Shown piece by piece: positions 41,498-49,900 of a stretch of DNA of 51,710 nucleotides. Source of the DNA: a virus; the IMG/VR virus record IMGVR_UViG_3300002091_000003; one strand, given 5' to 3'. Position 1 is the first letter of the stretch. Each line of letters begins with the position of its first letter. The notes under the pieces are model-generated. The model saw only the letters and a program-made list of their open reading frames with translations. It ran no database searches and was not told the origin of the DNA. The position numbers were made by a program, and so were the translations under genes.

Positions 41498-41705
41498 TGA
41501 AACTGGAGAACCAGATGAAGCTCATGCGCTATGGATCATGTATCGCGGAAGGGAATGGGTATGCCTTTGGAATGATAGCGGCTTTACTCTTTTCCCTGGC
41601 GATACTCGCGGTGCAACCAAGCAACACGCCGATCAAGTCTTTAAGTATCTTCATGAAGAAGGCTTCATAAACGAAGATGATATGCCCGAATCAATCAGTC
41701 AGTAA
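41490..41705 (+). CDS. hypothetical protein (71 aa, GTG start)
   Basis: Only the part of tracked ORF 41193..41705 downstream of the exonuclease stop is likely to be coding. Start uncertain. Confidence 0.4.
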   Translation: MNNETGEPDEAHALWIMYRGREWVCLWNDSGFTLFPGDTRGATKQHADQVFKYLHEEGFINEDDMPESISQ

Positions 41706-41735
41706 GCAGTAAACCAACAACCAACAACCACCAAA

Positions 41736-42026
41736 ATGATAAAAGTAAAAGTCGATGTAACGAAAATCCTCAAGGACGAACTCTACAAGGGTGAGAAGGG
41801 AACCTATCTTGACCTTGTTCTCTTTGCGAATAAGAACGGTGAGGATGCCAATGGCAATCACGGTATTGTCAAGCAGTCCCTATCCAAGGCAACCCGTGAG
41901 GCGGGAGAAGTAGAGGCTCCTATCTTGGGTAACTACAAGCAGAAGGACTTCCAGCCCAAGGCAGCACCAGCAGCAAGGCCAGCAGTTCCAGCAGCACCAG
42001 AGGCTGACGACGATCTGCCGTTCTAG
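41736..42026 (+). CDS. small ssDNA-binding protein candidate with an SSB-type acidic C-terminal tip
   Basis: 96 aa. Beta-rich N-terminal 70 aa, Pro/Ala linker, terminal EADDDLPF (compare E. coli SSB DDDIPF). Confidence 0.5.
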   Translation: MIKVKVDVTKILKDELYKGEKGTYLDLVLFANKNGEDANGNHGIVKQSLSKATREAGEVEAPILGNYKQKDFQPKAAPAARPAVPAAPEADDDLPF

Positions 42027-42044
42027 CCCAACAGCAACCACGCC

Positions 42045-42278
42045 ATGACAAACGAAACCAAGAAAGCAACCACCAAGGCTCAACTCCTCCAGCTACAGGC
42101 AATGGATGAGTTTCAGCAGAGGGACATCAACTGTATCTTTGAACGGCTACAGTCTCAACAGGTCGATATTTTTGAGCATAAAGAAAATGTCGATCAGTTA
42201 AAGCATTTGATCTGGGCATTCTTTGTGATGCTGGTCATTGAGATAGTGGTCATCACCGCAATCGCCATTGTCAAATGA
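42045..42278 (+). CDS. coiled-coil protein with a C-terminal TMD
   Basis: 77 aa ending LIWAFFVMLVIEIVVITAIAIVK. Confidence 0.6.
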   Translation: MTNETKKATTKAQLLQLQAMDEFQQRDINCIFERLQSQQVDIFEHKENVDQLKHLIWAFFVMLVIEIVVITAIAIVK

Positions 42279-42490
42279 GATGCTCTTGTCGTGAAGTCAA
42301 AGGGGTAGATGTGATACCCCAATGGCATAATTGTGAGTATATCAATAAGCGTAACAGGCTTATTCCAGAGGCCGAAGAGAGAGCAATGCTCAATTCGGTA
42401 AACGAGAAGGGTCAGATGAACGAGATTCTGTTCACTCACCTATTCTCTAAATACATGGAAGAACTCGTAAAGAAACACGGGATCGTATGA
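42275..42490 (+). CDS. hypothetical protein
   Basis: 71-aa ORF with a 4-nt overlap at each end. Confidence 0.6.
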   Translation: MRCSCREVKGVDVIPQWHNCEYINKRNRLIPEAEERAMLNSVNEKGQMNEILFTHLFSKYMEELVKKHGIV

Positions 42491-42693
42491 GCTTTTCCGA
42501 TCAAGCCCAAGCATATTGGGAGGGAGATCATATCCGCTACTTGGCTGAAGGGAATAAAGCACCTTCAGTCGAGGAACGGGTAAAAGCAGCCTTTGATGCA
42601 GGAGTAAGATCGGTTCAGCGTTCTTATTCCAATCTCGATGTCATTGGAATGGTAGACAAAACTCAAATCAACTTCCCAAGGACGGAAATATGA
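42487..42693 (+). CDS. hypothetical protein
   Basis: 68-aa ORF with 4-nt overlaps. Confidence 0.6.
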   Translation: MSFSDQAQAYWEGDHIRYLAEGNKAPSVEERVKAAFDAGVRSVQRSYSNLDVIGMVDKTQINFPRTEI

Positions 42694-43217
42694 GTGAATC
42701 AATACAACCAGTAGAGGTTTTATTATCACCAACAGAGTTTCATGCAGTTGTGAACTCTGCTTTGTTGCAACTTACTTGCTCAACGCTAGATAAGCGCAAT
42801 CATACATATACAATGAACAGGAACAAACTAGAAAGGCTAAATCATGCCGTAATAGGAGCATTGGGAGAAGTATCTTTTGCGAAGTTTGCAGATAAGTTTT
42901 TCATACCACAAATCAATACCTTTCATGGTGTTCCAGATTGTTTTGAGAATATCGAAGTAAGGGCATCAGACAAAAACCTCACGCTTATTACTCGTGATGA
43001 CGATGATCCATCTAGGAAGTATGTAAAAGTAATGACCAATGGCAGTAAGTCACTAATTGTCGGTTGGCTTTATGGACATGAAACAAGAAAGAAGGAGTTT
43101 TTTAATAGCAGGGAAGGCCAAAGAGATTGCTGGATGGTTCCTCATAAGTTTTTGCGGAATGCATCCACGATTTTCGGATCACCTAAAATTGAAATACTAG
43201 ATGAAGACTTATGGTAA
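42690..43217 (+). CDS. putative PD-(D/E)XK-fold nuclease (tentative)
   Basis: GALGEVSFAKF...VPDCFENIEVRAS...YVKVM...LIVGWLYG resembles a restriction-endonuclease-like core, but has Arg where the catalytic Lys is expected. Confidence 0.35.
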   Translation: MSESIQPVEVLLSPTEFHAVVNSALLQLTCSTLDKRNHTYTMNRNKLERLNHAVIGALGEVSFAKFADKFFIPQINTFHGVPDCFENIEVRASDKNLTLITRDDDDPSRKYVKVMTNGSKSLIVGWLYGHETRKKEFFNSREGQRDCWMVPHKFLRNASTIFGSPKIEILDEDLW

Positions 43218-43558
43218 ATAGAACATTCAGAGCCAAGGCAAGCACGACCCGTCGAGTCGCGGGTACGATGAACAAGACAGAGCAAGCCTATGCTGCATTG
43301 CTGCAAAGCCGCAAAGATGCAGGGGAGATACACCACTACCAGTTTGAGGCTATCAACCTTAAACTTGCCAAGCTCACAAGCTACCTTCCTGACTTCTTTG
43401 TCATCCTGTCAAATGGGGACATTGAATTTCATGAGGTAAAGGGCTTCTGGCAAGGAACTGGCAGGGTCAAGATAAAGGTAGCAGCCGAGAACCACCCCTG
43501 GTTTAGGTTTGTTGCCGTCCAATATAAAAAGAAACAATGGTCATACGAGGAGTTTTAA
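43211..43558 (+). CDS. DUF1064-like nuclease-fold protein (resolvase candidate)
   Basis: NKTEQAYAALLQSRKDAGEI...YLPDFFVILSNGDIEFHEVKG fits the SKkE...DF.v......veDvKG pattern. Confidence 0.5.
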   Translation: MVNRTFRAKASTTRRVAGTMNKTEQAYAALLQSRKDAGEIHHYQFEAINLKLAKLTSYLPDFFVILSNGDIEFHEVKGFWQGTGRVKIKVAAENHPWFRFVAVQYKKKQWSYEEF

Positions 43559-43559
43559 A

Positions 43560-44036
43560 ATGAATATAGAGAAAGAACCAGATATATGCCCCTGCTGTGG
43601 GCAAGAGATCCAGCTAGAGAGTAGCCGTAAACGGCGCAAGAAAGCCCCTGTGGATGGTTTTGAAACTTTCTGGTCAGCCTACCCCAAAAAGGTTGGAAAA
43701 GGAGCAGCAAGGGCATCATGGGCAAAGAACAACCTACCAGAGTTGGATGTCCTGCTGTCAGCCTTGCGGAAGGCAATAGCATCACCAGATTGGCAAAAGG
43801 AGATGGGAAAATTTATCCCCCATGCTTCTACTTGGTTGAACCAACAACGATGGGAAGATGAGGGCATGGACTTTTCAGCCCTATCACCCCTAAAGCAGAC
43901 CATGTCCTCTAGGATTGGTATTGACGAGCAGGAGGCGGCAATCTGGAGGAAGGGTATTTATCCCTCCTCTTCCAATGTTCCTTTTGCAGAGTGGCCTTCA
44001 GATGTCCAGAGAGAGTATATAACCAGCATAAAATAA
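43560..44036 (+). CDS. conserved replication-module protein (replisome-organiser-like motif) with an N-terminal CxxC
   Basis: FETFWSAYPKKVGKGAARASWAK...FIPHASTWLNQQRWEDE is a motif recurrent in phage replication modules. Function not established. Confidence 0.4.
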   Translation: MNIEKEPDICPCCGQEIQLESSRKRRKKAPVDGFETFWSAYPKKVGKGAARASWAKNNLPELDVLLSALRKAIASPDWQKEMGKFIPHASTWLNQQRWEDEGMDFSALSPLKQTMSSRIGIDEQEAAIWRKGIYPSSSNVPFAEWPSDVQREYITSIK

Positions 44037-44045
44037 AACACCAAC

Positions 44046-44225
44046 ATGAGCATAGAAATAGACGATGAAACAATGAGCATCATAGCTGAATTACAGGAAG
44101 AAAAGATGCGCCTGACTAAAAGGATCAGCTACCTTGAGGGAGTATTGAGCCAGATAGAAATGTTCAATGCCCTTGGCAAGACCCTGCGGATCAGTGAAGC
44201 AATCCATTCAGCAATAAACCCATGA
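44046..44225 (+). CDS. 59-aa coiled-coil protein
   Basis: Hand-translated MSIEIDDETMSIIAELQEEKMRLTKRISYLEG.... ATGA overlap with the next gene. Confidence 0.45.
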   Translation: MSIEIDDETMSIIAELQEEKMRLTKRISYLEGVLSQIEMFNALGKTLRISEAIHSAINP

Positions 44226-44500
44226 GTGAGGATCTTGACATGAACATTGTTCTAGCTTCTGGAGCAACAGGAGTTAAGGAACTTGCACTAGAGATCGTTA
44301 CTGATACACCCCAGACGGATAAGTTGATTTATCCAAACGGTTGTATGTCAGCAAACTTGCTTGAACACGCCAGGACTATGGAACGCCAGAGGGATAGGGC
44401 TATTGCTATAACGGATGGCGTTATGGCTTGGGATGCCCCTGCTGATGCCCGTAAGTCCTATAAAGACTTGAGCCAACTAAAAAAAGAAATCAATGAGTAG
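44222..44500 (+). CDS. hypothetical protein
   Basis: 92-aa tracked ORF. Confidence 0.6.
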   Translation: MSEDLDMNIVLASGATGVKELALEIVTDTPQTDKLIYPNGCMSANLLEHARTMERQRDRAIAITDGVMAWDAPADARKSYKDLSQLKKEINE

Positions 44501-44780
44501 GAACATCGACACAATACTAAATCAGCTTGGCCTTGAAACCCCAGACCTTCCCCCGATAAACAAGCGGGAGGCAATAGAGATGGGGCTAGTCAAAGGTCGA
44601 GAGATACCCGTAAAAGGCCCATGCGGTAAGTCTGTATTCACTTCAGAGTCCAAGTGTGATTCTGCCATTAAGAACAGACTTGAATCTGGCTTTGGAGGCA
44701 CTGGATTCTTGCGGGGATATTTTTGTAGTGAATGTGCTGGCTGGCACATGACTTCATCCAACAACAAAAAGAATAAATGA
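44493..44780 (+). CDS. small Cys-containing protein (possible zinc-binding), coupled to the PP-loop gene
   Basis: 95 aa. GPCGK...KCDS...YFCSECAGWHMTS. 4-nt overlap with the next gene. Confidence 0.55.
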   Translation: MSRNIDTILNQLGLETPDLPPINKREAIEMGLVKGREIPVKGPCGKSVFTSESKCDSAIKNRLESGFGGTGFLRGYFCSECAGWHMTSSNNKKNK

Positions 44781-45571
44781 AAGATAATATACCTCTAGTG
44801 GTTGCATACGGTGGAGGGACAAACTCTGTTGCCATGCTTTGCGGGTTCTTGGAACGAGACATTAAGCCAGAGTTAATCATCTTTGCCGATACTGGTGGGG
44901 AACTTCCACACACCTACAATCACATTAAAATGATGTCAGAAAAGACAAAAGAATGGTGGGGTATGCCTATTGAGATTGTTTCAAAAACATACCAAAAACA
45001 ACAAACATCTCTTGAATCTGATTGTTTACGAAACAAAACATTGCCAGCATTGGCTTTTGGTTCAAAGGCTTGTTCAGTAAAATACAAATTAGAACCAAAA
45101 CACAAGTTTGTGAACAAGTGGATGGAAAAGCGTGGATATAATGAGGTTATCTCTTCAGTTGGCTACGATGCTGGCGAGGGACATAGATCACTTGGAATTA
45201 AGCGAAACGATGTTGGGAAGGGTAGGTTTGAGACTTCTTGGTTCCCGCTTATAGAGTGGATGTGGAGACGACAGGAGTGCATTGAGACAATCAAGCGTCA
45301 TGGGTTGCCGCTACCTGGCAAATCATCCTGCTTTTTCTGTCCCGCAATGAAGCTATCTGAAATAGTTAGGCTTCGGAAAGAATACCCAGAATACTTTGAA
45401 AGGGCAATTCAACTAGAACAAAACATGAATGTCAAGGGAAGGGTTGAAGGATTAAACTTTGGCGCGAAATGGAGCGAAATGGTAAACGCTGACGATGAGC
45501 AACTAAAAATGTTCCAATGGTTAGATGAAAATGATCCAACCAAAATTCCATGCGGGTGTTATGACGGTTAA
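44777..45571 (+). CDS. PP-loop ATPase superfamily protein (PAPS-reductase-like) with a degenerate SGGxDS motif
   Basis: LVVAYGGGTNSVAMLCGF sits at the N-terminus where SGGKDS is expected. Cys residues at SSCFFCPAM and IPCGCYDG. Confidence 0.5.
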   Translation: MKDNIPLVVAYGGGTNSVAMLCGFLERDIKPELIIFADTGGELPHTYNHIKMMSEKTKEWWGMPIEIVSKTYQKQQTSLESDCLRNKTLPALAFGSKACSVKYKLEPKHKFVNKWMEKRGYNEVISSVGYDAGEGHRSLGIKRNDVGKGRFETSWFPLIEWMWRRQECIETIKRHGLPLPGKSSCFFCPAMKLSEIVRLRKEYPEYFERAIQLEQNMNVKGRVEGLNFGAKWSEMVNADDEQLKMFQWLDENDPTKIPCGCYDG

Positions 45572-45634
45572 AGAGGAAAAACAGGAAGAAGAATGGAATA
45601 AAAAAACCAACAACAAAAAGAACAAGTAAATCTA

Positions 45635-45778
45635 ATGGAAGCTATAGCTCATACCACATCAATACTATTTGCAATTGGCATGATGGTATTCTTCTGGTTG
45701 ATCTATAAAAAAACACGAAAGGTTTATCGTCGCGGCTTAAAAGCTAAAAGACGGTTACTTAAATACAAAAACAAATGA
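45635..45778 (+). CDS. 47-aa membrane peptide with a polybasic tail
   Basis: Hand-translated MEAIAHTTSILFAIGMMVFFWLIYKKTRKVYRRGLKAKRRLLKYKNK. Confidence 0.4.
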   Translation: MEAIAHTTSILFAIGMMVFFWLIYKKTRKVYRRGLKAKRRLLKYKNK

Positions 45779-45939
45779 ACGACACATCTTGGCTTGCGTA
45801 CTGCGAAAGCCTCCAAATACAAATCGCCAAAGCTAAACTTGAAGTTGAACGCTATCAGAAGATGGCAAGCGACTTCCTGCTAGAAATGGAAAACATGAGA
45901 TGGGAAATAAACCTACTCAAAGGGAAAGTAAAACCATGA
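45775..45939 (+). CDS. 54-aa coiled-coil peptide
   Basis: ATGA overlaps at both ends. MNDTSWLAYCESLQIQIAKAKLEVERYQKMASDF... Confidence 0.4.
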   Translation: MNDTSWLAYCESLQIQIAKAKLEVERYQKMASDFLLEMENMRWEINLLKGKVKP

Positions 45940-46157
45940 TCTTACCACTACTATGCACCGCATGGATGGCAGCAACCTCTGCTCAACAGCAGCCCGTAAT
46001 TTATGTATCCAACCTATCGGCTACAGACAACAATGACAGTGGGGGCTACTACCAAGTAACGGTTCTACCACCAATGATTCCGCAAGATGAGTCTAGCATT
46101 CATCCAGTAGTCATGCCATATATTGAACCTTCAGCAATCAACTTCAACCAAGAATGA
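45936..46157 (+). CDS. small secreted-protein candidate
   Basis: ATG at 45936 in tracked ORF 45900..46157. The N-terminus MILPLLCTAWMAATSAQQQP looks like a signal peptide. Confidence 0.5.
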   Translation: MILPLLCTAWMAATSAQQQPVIYVSNLSATDNNDSGGYYQVTVLPPMIPQDESSIHPVVMPYIEPSAINFNQE

Positions 46158-46366
46158 AAAAGCAACCACGCACAGCAGCAGGGCTAAAGAAGCACCGTTA
46201 CTCCGTATCAGTCAGGATGCCCAATGGAATGGCCTACGATCCCGCCCAATGCGGTTGGATTGTGTACGAGAGCAAAGATCCCCGTATCAACTGGCAATGC
46301 AGTCGCAAGTCAGGATACGGCAAGAACAAGCTCTGGTGTCCCAACCATGCCGTAGCAGCACTATGA
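46154..46366 (+). CDS. hypothetical basic protein (last gene of the plus arm)
   Basis: 70-aa tracked ORF with a 4-nt overlap upstream. Confidence 0.55.
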   Translation: MKKQPRTAAGLKKHRYSVSVRMPNGMAYDPAQCGWIVYESKDPRINWQCSRKSGYGKNKLWCPNHAVAAL

Positions 46367-46369
46367 ATG

Positions 46370-46561
46370 CTACTTCTTCACAAAAGCAGCATGGAACTCT
46401 TCAGCGAGTCCAGCAGCATGGACAGCAAGAGTCTTGACCCTCTCTATACCACCACTTTGTCCAAGCCTCTCTGGGGAAAGCTCACCGTTAGCGGCAAGTC
46501 CTGTGATGATTGCAGTCCAAGCTGCTTCCTTGGTAAGTAATTCCATAGTTACGCCATCCAT
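46370..46561 (-). CDS. hypothetical protein (63 aa, last gene of the late arm)
   Basis: An internal ATG at 46561 of tracked ORF 46370..46696 sits in a TAATATG junction with the upstream stop. Confidence 0.5.
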   Translation of the reverse strand: MDGVTMELLTKEAAWTAIITGLAANGELSPERLGQSGGIERVKTLAVHAAGLAEEFHAAFVKK

Positions 46562-46562
46562 A

Positions 46563-46907
46563 TTAGTAGGTTTTTGAGAACTTGGTTCTGGGTTGCTCTG
46601 TGGCTGGAGGGAGGACTTTGAGGGGAGGGTATTCTTTCTCCTCTGATACTTCCTCTTTGGTTTCTTGCTCTGTGGTTGGTTGTTTTCCTGCATCATAATC
46701 TAGTGGTTCAAGTGCGCCATGCTTCTCAATGTATCGTCCAAGCTCAATGAAGAGATAGCGGCGGGAGTCCAACAAGTAGGCACAAGCAGCCTTGAAGAAT
46801 TCGGATACTGGACGGTCGTTGTCTTCACCGTCCTGCTTCAACTGCTGAAGGACTGGATCGGCCTCAATATGAACGGAGAATGCTGCTGGTAGTTTATACT
46901 TGGTCAT
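46563..46907 (-). CDS. hypothetical protein, possibly RHH-like at the N-terminus with an acidic Pro-rich tail
   Basis: 114 aa. KLPAAFSVHIEADPVLQQLKQ...VSEFFKAACAYLL has a strand-helix-helix-like pattern. Weak call. Confidence 0.5.
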   Translation of the reverse strand: MTKYKLPAAFSVHIEADPVLQQLKQDGEDNDRPVSEFFKAACAYLLDSRRYLFIELGRYIEKHGALEPLDYDAGKQPTTEQETKEEVSEEKEYPPLKVLPPATEQPRTKFSKTY

Positions 46908-46962
46908 GTTTTTGCGTGGTGAAGATGTAAATAGAACTAAAATCAGCCCTTAAAGCAAGACT

Positions 46963-49900
46963 TTATTTCATTTCCTGCAAGATGTCCCTTGCCGAAATAG
47001 AGATGTCTTTCCTTTTCTCCCTAGCCTTTTCATAAGTGCTTCTTTGCTCATCATTCAAGCTATCCACAAATTCCTTCTGCTGTGCTTTGCTCTGGAACAT
47101 ATTCATGGTTGAATAACTCTTGCTGTAGTATTTAGCAATCTGCTCTCCCGTCTTGGTTTTCAGAAGAACTTCCATAGCGGCTTTGGCCTCTGGCTTGTTG
47201 CCGATATTCAACGCATGATTGAGATCACGGTATGGAGATTCCGTTGCAGCTTGCCTATCTTCAATGTTGTTTTCAGCCCTAAAGTGTCTGGCAATAGTAT
47301 AGATACGGCTTTCATCACTTGGGGCTGATTCTGGTTTGATACCAAAGGATGACATTATCTGTTTCTGATATTGCCCCGCAAATTGTTCGCTAGGCTCGCC
47401 AGTTATAGCCTGTTTTCCAGCAGCATACAGAGTACCCGCAATAATAGGTTGAGGAACAGCATCCTTAATCATCTGATTTAGCATCTGATCTGGTTTGATC
47501 TGTTTACCCAAGAAGGTTTTTCCTGTCACAAAATCAGCAACAGGATGAGCCAATGTAGAGCCTTTTGATCTTAAATAACTAGATAATGTGTCAGTATAAT
47601 TTCCAGTTCTCTCAAATCCTTTCATCAATACATGAGTTGTTTCTGCTGCCAAAGATAGGGGATTGAGAAAAAACCCTGGCCCTCCACTAATTATGTCTGG
47701 AATCCATGCACTCATCTTTGCGCCAATTCCTTCTTCTGGATTGTCCCAAGTAGGCGTACCCCTTGTGGCATAGTTGATAATCTGGTTTGCTATAAATTGA
47801 GCAGCAATCATTCCACCAGTATATCGGGCAAGAACACCAGCAAATAGACGCTTTCCTGTAGCGGCATCCGCTATTGCTTGTCCTGTCTGTTTAAGCGCAC
47901 CTAATTCAGATCGAATCAATCCCTCTGACCATTGTGGAGCCAAAAACACAAGACGAGAAATATCTTGTATAGTTTTGCCTTTCATCAGTCCTTGCCTACC
48001 AAGACTTCCAAACTTGGTATTGAGATCCTTTGCGACCATTCTAGCAATCTGTTTTTCTGGCAAGCCTTTATAGGCATTGCTGTATCTTTGGAACTCCAAA
48101 AGCCCAACCTCTGCCATTGCTCCTCTCTGGAACTGACCGAATAGCCATTTGTTGAAGTCTCCGATTCCAGGGATATTATGAATCCAATCTTGGTGAAGTG
48201 CATCAGCAATCCTTCCTACATTGAATCCTTGATTGACCAGTAAATCTAAAACCCTTTTATTTTCAAGGAGTCCAGTAGCCCACTTTTTGGGTATTTCTTG
48301 CTTGGCAATCATCCTTTGAAGCTCTGGAATGGAATGATCAAGAAGTGTTGCTCCTTTCCTGTAGGATGGTATAGGAGCTTGCATCGTAGAAAGACCAGCA
48401 GCTTTAAGAATTGCTTGGTTAATTGCAACCCTACCCAAGTGGAATGTATCTAGAGGAAGAGTAATTCCTTTTCCTAGACCAGCAGCTTTAGTTGTTAACC
48501 TCCCGCCAATGGTTTCGCTAAACCAAGATGGATTATCTAATGCCTTTAGCACACCCTCATACCCATCCTTTACTGCCACATTCTGACCAGCAAGATGCTC
48601 TGTATGGTAGCCATCTGGAGGCTGTGGATAACCCAATTTGTTTGCTGGTTGAGGATAGCCAGATTTATTTGGTCTTATTACGAAAGGTATCTTGGTAACT
48701 ATAGGCTTTCCAGAATTAGGATCAATTGTAGTTTTGAGTGAATCAATCCATGTGCGATAAGCAATAGCCTTTTGACCACTATCAATACGCTTTTGCAGAA
48801 TATCAATTCCATCAAGGGATTTAGGATCAACGCCAGCAGCAATGGAATCAGCAAAGGTATCATGCACCCTCATTTTCCTAAAGCCTGTGCCTCCAGAAAC
48901 ACCAGGCTTGCCAAACATCATTTGGTTATCTAGGTCTTGGAAGTGAGGGAAATAAGCCTCCATAATAGGAGTATTAATACCATTGGCATTCTCTTCTCCA
49001 GCTTGTTGGATAAAGATTTTACTAACACGATCAGCCGTAGGGATCAGCTTTGCAAGATTGGTCTTGGCAAAATCAATTGCAGATAATGCTTTTTTCTGCC
49101 AATCGGGATCTGCTTTAGTGGAGTTTTTAAGGACTTGTTCCATCCTGTTCAACTCATTGATGTCCCCCTTGGCTTCTACTACAAACGGTAAAGCAACCCT
49201 TGCGTTACCCCTGTTTTTGTTTCCAATAAAGTCTCTGTTGATCTGGTTGTTGATCTCGTTCTTTGCATGAGTTGCTATGATTCCAGCAGCAGTCTCACCA
49301 GCATCACGGCTTACGGTAATTGCTTCTTTAGCTGGTTTGGATTTATAGGCAAATACAGCAGCCTCTTTAGCTTTCTCTACCTTTTTGCCAAGTGACCTTG
49401 GTAGTCTAATAGCTCCCGTTACTGATGCCTTCTCGGTAAAGGTTCCACCACCCGTGGAAGTGGCTTTATATGCTTTCTTTCCTGCTTCCCAAATCTTGTT
49501 TAGGTATGGGCGAATCCTATTGCCAAACTCCTCCAGCATATTCTTGGAGAATTCAGTAAAGGTCTTTATGCCTCTGGAGATGTGATGTGCAGCAATGATG
49601 GCATAGTCAGCAAGGTTCTCTGGATCAACGCCCATGTTCTGGCGGCCCTCCCTTCTCCTTGCATCTATACGATCCCTTGCTTCATTGGCTTGAAGTTCAA
49701 GGTTGCGTTTAGGCTCTACTTCTACTGGTCTTGAAACTTGCTCGGAAGGCTTTTCAACCTTTGGCTCCTTCCCTTCTGGGATTGTATCTGTTGGCTTTGG
49801 TTCTGGCTTTACTTCTTCTTTTGGGGCTTCACCTTGAGAGGGAGCTTCTTTGGGGACTTCTTCTCCCACTCTTGGCAATTCCACCCCTGCGCTTGGCCTC

